A DNA stretch of 64,000 nucleotides from Shigella phage SSP1. A program made the position numbers and the translations under genes. The notes below the pieces were generated by a model. It saw only the letters and a program-made list of their open reading frames with translations. It did not search any database and was not told the origin of the DNA. The stretch lies in sequence record KY963424; one strand, 5' to 3'. This document shows, piece by piece, positions 21,551 to 28,529 of this stretch (within the stretch, counting starts at the first letter, position 1; each line of letters opens with the position of its first letter).

Positions 21551-23019
21551 ATATCGCTGGCCTGTTCACCTGTTGAATTTTCAGCTTTGTCTTTCTTAGC
21601 ACGTTTAGGTTGAGCCGGCTTATCCTTCTCAATAGGGATAACGAACTCAGCTTCCATTTGAGATATATCTTCCATTGCTAGGTTGGTAGTGTTATCCATT
21701 CGCAGAGTTTCCCAGTTCATTTTAGGCATAAACTTCACGCTATCAGAAGAACGAGTCTTAACGAAGTCAAACATAATAGCACCTTGACCATTATCAGCTT
21801 TTGCAGCATTAAGATTAGCAGCCATGTCTGCGGAATCAAGAATCCCCTTTGACATACGTGTTCTACCATCTTGATCGATCTGGTAAGGAGCTACACCAGC
21901 CACGTTATGTTTCTGGCAGATAGATTTGAAAGACGAGCTGACAACCATCTGTTCTTTCCAGTCATACATATCAATGGTTTTAGAGTCTGGAAGTCGGGTT
22001 TGGTTAATATAGTCCAGTAAAGCTACTGTAACTTTATCACCATATCTAGCAACTAATTTATTTAGTTCTACGTCAACTGTTGTAATGGACAGTTCAGGAT
22101 CATAAACAATAATCATAGGAGTATGTAGCTCATACCCTTCTATTAGTTTACTCTCCATATCGTAGAAATCACTCATCTTAGCCATTGTGTACTGTTTAAC
22201 GAAGCTATCGAAAAGCTCTTCACCACCATTAAACATTCTAGCTCTAGTTCTGGCTAATCTCAACAGAGCTGCACCTTCTAGAGTATTATTACGCATTGCT
22301 AGTGCTGATACACCTGCTAACATGGCTAAATTACGCCTAAATACTTCATGTTCTTTCATCTCAATTGAGAAGTATGGAGCAATATCCCCATTCAAATATT
22401 GCTGAACCTGTATGTTTGAACAGATAATGGATTTACCAGTACCACGCCAACCACCAAGCAGTAACGTTTCTGTGCGAGCTAAACCAATTTGAGCGTCGAA
22501 CTCATTACAAATACCAAGAGCGATTAAGTTCAGTTTGGTATCTTCTTCTCTCTGGAAAATACGCATGTTATCTGCGTTGAATACTTTTCCAGTATTCGTT
22601 ACTTTCTCTTCTAATTTTAAGTGAAGGGAGGCAACTCGGTTGAGAATTTCTCCCTGATCCAGCATTGTTAAATCTTGAAGCACGTCTGTTTCTAGAAGCT
22701 TCAGGAATAAATCCTGTGTATATTCGGCTTCTAGGACTTCAAGTGCCTGTTCCATGCTCACTTCTGGAATTTGAGTGTTAGCTAAGACGACTAGAGCTTG
22801 AGAAAGGCGGGCGTTCCTATTAGCTTCAAGCATAAGTGCGTCAATGGACGGCATTGTGTTATATTTTTTATAATAATTCTGGACGGCTTGGTAAATTGAG
22901 GAGAAAGCGTCATTAAAATGATCTTTATGCAGTTTTGAGAATGTTTCCAATGCTATTTGCTTCTGTTCGGAAGCTAGAAGCATCTTCAACACTACAGCTT
23001 GCACGTTAAACAAGGTCAT
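21547..23019 (-). CDS. Replicative helicase, DnaB-like
   Basis: Walker A GGWRGTGKS; RecA-fold C-terminal half; start set at MTLFNV with AGGAGA RBS (ORF extends to 23070). Confidence 0.7.
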   Translation of the reverse strand: MTLFNVQAVVLKMLLASEQKQIALETFSKLHKDHFNDAFSSIYQAVQNYYKKYNTMPSIDALMLEANRNARLSQALVVLANTQIPEVSMEQALEVLEAEYTQDLFLKLLETDVLQDLTMLDQGEILNRVASLHLKLEEKVTNTGKVFNADNMRIFQREEDTKLNLIALGICNEFDAQIGLARTETLLLGGWRGTGKSIICSNIQVQQYLNGDIAPYFSIEMKEHEVFRRNLAMLAGVSALAMRNNTLEGAALLRLARTRARMFNGGEELFDSFVKQYTMAKMSDFYDMESKLIEGYELHTPMIIVYDPELSITTVDVELNKLVARYGDKVTVALLDYINQTRLPDSKTIDMYDWKEQMVVSSSFKSICQKHNVAGVAPYQIDQDGRTRMSKGILDSADMAANLNAAKADNGQGAIMFDFVKTRSSDSVKFMPKMNWETLRMDNTTNLAMEDISQMEAEFVIPIEKDKPAQPKRAKKDKAENSTGEQASDI

Positions 23020-23049
23020 TCTCCTTTGCACGCTTTCGTGCCTTCTAAA

Positions 23050-23095
23050 TGCAAAAAGGGGAAGGAGCATAGCCCCCTCCCCTTAGGTTTAATTT
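23050..23095 (-). terminator. Possible hairpin terminator
   Basis: GGGGAAGG...CCCCCTCCCC imperfect inverted repeat with T-run on minus strand. Confidence 0.35.
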
Positions 23096-23101
23096 ACCAG
23101 A

Positions 23102-23869
23102 TTATTCAGCAGCCGCAGCTTTTGCATCCAGTTTAGCACGCTTAGCGGCACCATCATAGTCCTTAGCAACCAGACCACGACGAGACAGCATAGATTTAAC
23201 ACCACGCTCAGACTTACCAGTTTTCTCAGCGATCTCAGCAACAGTCATGTTAACCAGATCCAGACCTTCTAACAGATCTTCACGAGTTTTAGCACTTGAA
23301 GTTTCCTGTACCGGCATAGCAGCGATACGACCTTCACGAAGCAGGCTCAGAGCTTTACCACGGATCTGCTTAATATTGCGGCCGAAGTGAGCAGCGATAG
23401 CTTCAATAGTAGCACCAGCAACAACCTGATTAACAAAATCAGTTTCTTCATCCGGAGTGAAGGAACGAACAGCAGCAGCTTTTTCAGTTGGCTTAACAGA
23501 AGCGGTCATTTCCAGGCTCAGAATCTTACCCTGTACCTGCTTAGCACCGAACTGACCACCAGCTACAGCAGCAGCGATTTCAGCATAGGTATACTGACCA
23601 GCATGAGCGTTCAGGAAATCAACCAGTTCAGCTTCCTGCTCAGGAGTCCACGGGGATTTCTGTACTTCGTTAGCTTTCTGTACTTCAAAACCTTCTTTAC
23701 GCAGTTTAGAGCCAACAGAGCGAGCAGTAACGTCTTTGCCAGTTTCAGCAGCCAGTTCAGTAGCGATAGCAGCTACTTGTTCTTGAGAGATTACAGCAAC
23801 ACCCAGAGCAGTGGCTTTTGCTTTCAGAGACTCGGTTACACCTTCTACGTTCCAGTTCAGTTTAGACAT
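23102..23869 (-). CDS. Ala-rich hypothetical protein with internal repeats and C-terminal HTH-like segment
   Basis: 255 aa; visibly higher GC and host-like codons (CTG, CGT, GCA) than neighbours; repeated ...EIAAAV/IEAIAAHF...; TVAEIAEKTGKSERGVKSMLSRRGL resembles an HTH. Confidence 0.6.
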   Translation of the reverse strand: MSKLNWNVEGVTESLKAKATALGVAVISQEQVAAIATELAAETGKDVTARSVGSKLRKEGFEVQKANEVQKSPWTPEQEAELVDFLNAHAGQYTYAEIAAAVAGGQFGAKQVQGKILSLEMTASVKPTEKAAAVRSFTPDEETDFVNQVVAGATIEAIAAHFGRNIKQIRGKALSLLREGRIAAMPVQETSSAKTREDLLEGLDLVNMTVAEIAEKTGKSERGVKSMLSRRGLVAKDYDGAAKRAKLDAKAAAAE

Positions 23870-24644
23870 TATTATTTTTCTCCAATAGTTCTTTAATCGA
23901 CAGGATTTCTATCCCATTCGTTTCGGCTTTCTTATAAGATGAGGAAGAACGTTTTGATTCATCCTCACAGATTAGGTATTTGACGTCTTTAGTAACGGAT
24001 TTCTTAACCGTATACCCTAGACTTTCTAAATAGTTTGTTGCATCCGTTCTATTTGCAAAATCTTGCAAAGATCCGGTAATACATACCGCGATTCCGTTTG
24101 GCTGGGCAACTAATTCATCTGTAATTATGATATTAGCTTTTGCACCTCTGATACCAGTTGAGAATTTCCACGGTAGTTCGATAACATCCTTGCCTTGTGG
24201 GGAATTTAGCCAGGCTCTATAGTTTTCTCCAGCCTTGCCGTCAGCCTTCACATCGTGGAAGCTAGTGCAATTTTGGGATAATTTCTTTGCTGCAACCTCT
24301 CCAATTAGAGGGATTCCTAAAGAACCGAGAACTGAATCAAAGTCAATGTCTCCGCGAACTTTAGTATTTAATTCGCTAATTAACTTAGCGGCAACCTTGC
24401 TACCCACGGCTCTAACCAAATCTTCTTCGGTTAGGTAAAACAGTTCTGAAATCTTCGTCAGCTCCAGCTTCTCAATAGTTTTTGGGCCAAAGCCCTTTAA
24501 CTTCATTTTTGTACAGAAGTTCTCAATTAACTTACTTGATTGCGCTGGACAGTTGGACTTATTCCGACAGAATAATTGTCCGTTGACAAGATCTAGCTTA
24601 GAACCACAAGAGGGACATTGTGTTGGAATTTCGATTTTCATCAA
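23862..24644 (-). CDS. NAD-dependent DNA ligase, C-terminal part (zinc finger/HhH/BRCT-like), subunit B
   Basis: CPSCGSKL...CRNKSNCPAQ Cys4 zinc finger, helix-hairpin-helix region, C-terminal BRCT-like fold. Confidence 0.65.
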   Translation of the reverse strand: MMKIEIPTQCPSCGSKLDLVNGQLFCRNKSNCPAQSSKLIENFCTKMKLKGFGPKTIEKLELTKISELFYLTEEDLVRAVGSKVAAKLISELNTKVRGDIDFDSVLGSLGIPLIGEVAAKKLSQNCTSFHDVKADGKAGENYRAWLNSPQGKDVIELPWKFSTGIRGAKANIIITDELVAQPNGIAVCITGSLQDFANRTDATNYLESLGYTVKKSVTKDVKYLICEDESKRSSSSYKKAETNGIEILSIKELLEKNNNV

Positions 24645-24671
24645 ATTTCTTCCTTATCAATTTATATAAAT

Positions 24672-24700
24672 ATTATAGCAAGTATTTAAGCATTTAGCAA
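24672..24700 (-). promoter_or_regulatory. T5-type early promoter in ligase inter-subunit gap (TTGCTA-17-TATAAT)
   Basis: Reverse complement AAAATTGTAGTTGCTAAATGCTTAAATACTTGCTATAAT. Confidence 0.6.
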
Positions 24701-24843
24701 CTACAATTTTAACTAACTTTGCTTACCCTCGCCATAACTTTCTATCCCTCAACTGAATGATAATAGTATATACCTAAGCGGCGAAAATGTCAATAACCAC
24801 TTTATAATTCCGATATGGTAGATGGGTAGCAAAGGGTTATGTA

Positions 24844-25815
24844 TTAATCGTATACTCGCTCTACTATGCACGGGATTACACCACCAGCACGAATTACTCG
24901 AATCTGGCAACCGATCTCTAGATCAAGAGAGTTAATATAATCAACGTTATTAAGAGTCGCTTTAACAATTGTAGCATCATCAATAATTACCGGTTCGAAA
25001 TAACCAACTGGAGTTACTTTACCAGAAGCCCCTACCTGCCACTCAACTTTAGTAAGAGTTGTAATCTCGCCTTCTTCATCCTCTTTAATAGCGAATGCTC
25101 CACGAGGGAATTTATTAGTCCAGCCTTCTCGGAAGAATTTGTTGTTGTCATTAATACGAACAACTTTACCGTCCGTCGGAATCCATTTAAAGAAGGAACG
25201 CACATTAACAACTGTTAAGAAATCTTCATTCTCTAGCCAGAGCATATCTTTTAAATATGATTCTGTAATACCTACAGATTCAGCAGAACACTGGATACCA
25301 TATGCAACGAAGATTAAACCACCTTCCCCGATACGTTGTACGAAATCATCGCTATCTTTGAGGTTAATAGCGCCAGAGGCAAAGTTACGTTTATTTTCTA
25401 CTTCTTTTGTAATTAGAACTTCACCAGTGATTTGAGTAGGTACTTTTTGGGAAATCTTTTGAGGGATATTTAGCAATCTTACGTTGCTTGTGACATCATT
25501 CCCTAGAATACCATTACCACGAGTTAGTGCTTGAACAAAATCTCCATTAATATATAACAGAGAAATCGCACAACCATCTAACTTATCAGTTTCTACCTGA
25601 CCTAATGGATTAAATGGAGGTTTATCTCCACGATTATAATAAACTTTCTGTAAAGAATACATACGATACAGATGTGGAATATCACCTTTAGGCCCGATCT
25701 CTTCTTCTAACGGAAATCTTTTAATCAGACGATCATATTCTTCGTCAGAGATTAAAGACATTCCCTGGTAATATGCTTCTTGACAACGTTTAATAAAGTC
25801 TTTTACATTAGTCAT
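24844..25815 (-). CDS. NAD-dependent DNA ligase, N-terminal adenylation/OB part, subunit A
   Basis: SDEEYDRL and KLDG (adenylation lysine motif) typical of LigA domain Ia/NTase. Confidence 0.75.
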   Translation of the reverse strand: MTNVKDFIKRCQEAYYQGMSLISDEEYDRLIKRFPLEEEIGPKGDIPHLYRMYSLQKVYYNRGDKPPFNPLGQVETDKLDGCAISLLYINGDFVQALTRGNGILGNDVTSNVRLLNIPQKISQKVPTQITGEVLITKEVENKRNFASGAINLKDSDDFVQRIGEGGLIFVAYGIQCSAESVGITESYLKDMLWLENEDFLTVVNVRSFFKWIPTDGKVVRINDNNKFFREGWTNKFPRGAFAIKEDEEGEITTLTKVEWQVGASGKVTPVGYFEPVIIDDATIVKATLNNVDYINSLDLEIGCQIRVIRAGGVIPCIVERVYD

Positions 25816-26014
25816 TCATTTCTACCTGTAGTTCTTTATTATACTGAGTAGTGAGATCGGCTAACTCTTGCGCTTCTTTCAACCACGCATCTTTGTACGC
25901 TTTATCGTTGATTCCACCAAAGTTATCTAGATAGTTATTTCTAGCAGTTGATACTAGGTTTAACTTTGCTTGAATTTTTGGAAGTGTTATGTTCATAATT
26001 GATCCTCTCATCAA
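25808..26014 (-). CDS. Hypothetical protein (68 aa)
   Basis: ORF directly downstream of an early promoter. Confidence 0.45.
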   Translation of the reverse strand: MMRGSIMNITLPKIQAKLNLVSTARNNYLDNFGGINDKAYKDAWLKEAQELADLTTQYNKELQVEMND

Positions 26015-26025
26015 TTTATATAAAT

Positions 26026-26054
26026 ATTATATAACAAAACTGAGTTGAAAGCAA
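26026..26054 (-). promoter_or_regulatory. T5-type early promoter (TTGCTT-17-TATAAT)
   Basis: Reverse complement ATTTGCTTTCAACTCAGTTTTGTTATATAAT. Confidence 0.6.
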
Positions 26055-26081
26055 ATACATTTATAAAGAAAAAGCCAAGAA

Positions 26082-26390
26082 CTAGGCATTCTTGGCTTTT
26101 AGTTCTTCAGCTCGTTTCTGTACTTCATGTAAAACCTCAGATTCGCTAAGAATCTGTGTAAACGCATAGAAAAGCTGTGATGTTGTTTCTAGGGTGTAAG
26201 GAAAAGAGAAGCCAGATTTCGTTGGAAACCATTCATCATTAATATCAAGAAGCCAGTAACGAATACCCATGTATAGATTCCCACGAAATTCAGATACTGT
26301 TAATCTTACTTGTTCTCCCTCCTTCTCCCAAAGTATGATGGACTGGTCATCAACGTGTCCTTCATAGTTTTGATTTACCTGTTCGCTCAT
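26082..26390 (-). CDS. Hypothetical protein (102 aa)
   Basis: ORF with upstream RBS. Confidence 0.5.
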   Translation of the reverse strand: MSEQVNQNYEGHVDDQSIILWEKEGEQVRLTVSEFRGNLYMGIRYWLLDINDEWFPTKSGFSFPYTLETTSQLFYAFTQILSESEVLHEVQKRAEELKAKNA

Positions 26391-26410
26391 TTACATATCC
26401 CAAATACACA

Positions 26411-26430
26411 AAAAGCCCCATATAGGGGCT
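26411..26430 (-). terminator. Intrinsic terminator (minus strand)
   Basis: AGCCCC-ATAT-AGGGGCT hairpin, T-run on minus strand. Confidence 0.6.
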
Positions 26431-26440
26431 AATTGGTTTC

Positions 26441-26737
26441 TTATCGGCCTACTGGAGAAGCACGATCTAACTCTGATTGGAGGCTAGTCACACGACGGAC
26501 TTTCTCGACAGGAATAAAACGGAAGCTATCATTAGTACGAGAGAAGACAAGGATCTCATCATCTTTCGCTTTACGAATACGTTCACGTTTAATACGCTCA
26601 GCCAGATATTTATCTTGGGCTGGATCAAATTCCATCGTACCCTGAAGGTACGTGGTTCCTTTCTGACGAAGTTTCTCGTAATGAAGATAAAACTCACCAA
26701 ATTTTTCACATTGTGCGATAATTTCAGCTTTGGTCAT
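26441..26737 (-). CDS. Hypothetical protein (98 aa)
   Basis: ORF; basic/acidic mixed small protein. Confidence 0.5.
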   Translation of the reverse strand: MTKAEIIAQCEKFGEFYLHYEKLRQKGTTYLQGTMEFDPAQDKYLAERIKRERIRKAKDDEILVFSRTNDSFRFIPVEKVRRVTSLQSELDRASPVGR

Positions 26738-26773
26738 AACTGTATTCCTTTTGTTGGTGGATTTATCTAAAAA

Positions 26774-27184
26774 TTACTTAGTGATAGCTCGGATTGCTTC
26801 TGCCAGATGAGCAGCTGCTTTACCGGTCAGTTTGTCGATAATTGCATCATCCAGAAAATCTGGTGCTAGGCCAGCATCAGAGAATGCTGAACGAAGATCG
26901 GCATGAGCTTGGGCTTTGGAAGTACGAGAACCACCAGAGGCTTTTTCTCCAGTAGATGCGCTAGATTTAGAAGCAGAGCCAGCAGCTTTCTTGATATACA
27001 AACCTGCTTTAGTCAGCTTCATACGAAAACCGTTCGGAGTTACACCATTTTCCTGGGCAATTTCGCTAACAATTTCCATGCTAACACCGGGACGTTCATC
27101 CTCTGGGAATTGCTCCATACGAGCAACGTATTCGGAAGACATTTTTTCGAACAGTTCATCAGTCCACTGAGTTGGAGTAGTCAT
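26774..27184 (-). CDS. Hypothetical protein (136 aa)
   Basis: ORF downstream of early promoter at 27242..27270. Confidence 0.5.
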   Translation of the reverse strand: MTTPTQWTDELFEKMSSEYVARMEQFPEDERPGVSMEIVSEIAQENGVTPNGFRMKLTKAGLYIKKAAGSASKSSASTGEKASGGSRTSKAQAHADLRSAFSDAGLAPDFLDDAIIDKLTGKAAAHLAEAIRAITK

Positions 27185-27241
27185 ATTTTATATTTCCTTA
27201 ATTAAGAATTAAACAGAATAGTTCTTTCAAACTATGAGAAT

Positions 27242-27270
27242 ATTATATCAAGAATTATAGAATTAAGCAA
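27242..27270 (-). promoter_or_regulatory. T5-type early promoter (TTGCTT-17-TATAAT)
   Basis: Reverse complement TTTCAGTTGCTTAATTCTATAATTCTTGATATAAT. Confidence 0.6.
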
Positions 27271-27290
27271 CTGAAATTTTTCGGTAATTG

Positions 27291-27545
27291 CTACACATCT
27301 AGTTCAACAATCTCCCAATCATCAGCCAGAGCCTCGTCTAGGGTAAGGTTTACTTGACGGATAAGCGGGGATTCCATACCGTTCTCCCACACATGTTCAG
27401 TCACTGTACCCTGCTCTACGTTAAATTCTAAAACCACTGTAAAGTGTTTATTGTTTTCCCAGCAATCTCGCTGGAGATATTTTACGTCCCCAGCTTTCAG
27501 CAAATCTGTTAGCTTACTCACGGCGTTTTCCTTTTTCTTTATCAA
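27291..27545 (-). CDS. Hypothetical protein (84 aa)
   Basis: ORF overlapping stop of upstream gene. Confidence 0.45.
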   Translation of the reverse strand: MIKKKENAVSKLTDLLKAGDVKYLQRDCWENNKHFTVVLEFNVEQGTVTEHVWENGMESPLIRQVNLTLDEALADDWEIVELDV

Positions 27546-28218
27546 GTTTCAGGGCAGCCTTAACAGCTTCGTTAATCAACGTAATAATTTCTTCACGAGT
27601 CCATTTATATCCCAGAGATTTTACGTCAACCCCTAGCTTTTCCAGGTGTTTAACAGAAGCCAGCTCGTAATTCATATAATGGACGTTCTGTTGTTTGCCT
27701 TCTGATAGAAGCCATACACGGTAGCAACCAACAGGATTATCCATTGCTTTTTTGATTTCACCGATACACTGGTATCCAGGAACCCAAACAAGCTCACCAA
27801 CTGCAAATTCTTCTGCTACAGCATCATCAGGAATAATTGGAGGATTCAATGGATCTACAATATCGTTCAAACGAAGTAAAGCACCATAGCGTTCCAAAAC
27901 TGATTTGACCATTGCTACAGAGCGATAATTACGATCAGCAATTTCTTCAAAAGAATCACCAGATAAATACTGCTCAATAACGTTAGCTAACTCAATGCCT
28001 TCAATGAGTGTGCCACGTTTCTTTTTCTTCATTTCGGCAACTTGGATCTGGCGGTCTTGCCATTCTTCAATCATCCTTTCCATAGTTGGATTGGATGATA
28101 CGCCGAGCATTTCACATGCTGCTTTCTTAGTACCACCGTTCTCCAGATGCTCTATAACTTTTTTAAAGACTTCATCCGGGATTTCATGGATATGTTTCTT
28201 TCTACGAGAACCAGCCAT
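27514..28218 (-). CDS. Putative DNA-binding protein (HTH), first gene behind PN25-like promoter
   Basis: 234 aa; GGTKKAACEMLGVSSNPTMERMIEEW helix-turn-helix-like N-terminus. Confidence 0.55.
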   Translation of the reverse strand: MAGSRRKKHIHEIPDEVFKKVIEHLENGGTKKAACEMLGVSSNPTMERMIEEWQDRQIQVAEMKKKKRGTLIEGIELANVIEQYLSGDSFEEIADRNYRSVAMVKSVLERYGALLRLNDIVDPLNPPIIPDDAVAEEFAVGELVWVPGYQCIGEIKKAMDNPVGCYRVWLLSEGKQQNVHYMNYELASVKHLEKLGVDVKSLGYKWTREEIITLINEAVKAALKLDKEKGKRRE

Positions 28219-28249
28219 ATTTAAACTCCTCTCTCAAATTTATGAATCT

Positions 28250-28278
28250 ATTATACAGAAAAATTTTCCTGAAAGCAA
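28250..28278 (-). promoter_or_regulatory. Early promoter matching T5 PN25 as recalled (TTGCTT-17-TATAAT + ATAAATTTGAGAGAGG box)
   Basis: Reverse complement reads AAAAATTTATTTGCTTTCAGGAAAATTTTTCTGTATAATAGATTCATAAATTTGAGAGAGGAG, which matches the PN25 sequence as I remember it. Confidence 0.8.
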
Positions 28279-28286
28279 ATAAATTT

Positions 28287-28529
28287 TTACGATTCCTTGA
28301 GCAAAGAAGCAAGTTCAGCATAGACTTTATCTAACTCAAAGCCGATGCGAAGAGACACGTTTGTTTTCCGTTGTTTAAGTAACCACTCGGATATGTTAGG
28401 GATGCCAGCTAATCTATGCGGTACCACCCTACATAGCTTTTCCGAAGTGTCGTAAACAGGAACTTTACGTTCTTTTACTGGGAACTTCCTTGTTTCCCAT
28501 TTTTTATTCTTCACTGTCATTTCTAGCAC
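28287..28529 (-). CDS. Hypothetical protein (80 aa)
   Basis: ORF overlapping end of 929-aa gene. Confidence 0.4.
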   Translation of the reverse strand: MLEMTVKNKKWETRKFPVKERKVPVYDTSEKLCRVVPHRLAGIPNISEWLLKQRKTNVSLRIGFELDKVYAELASLLKES

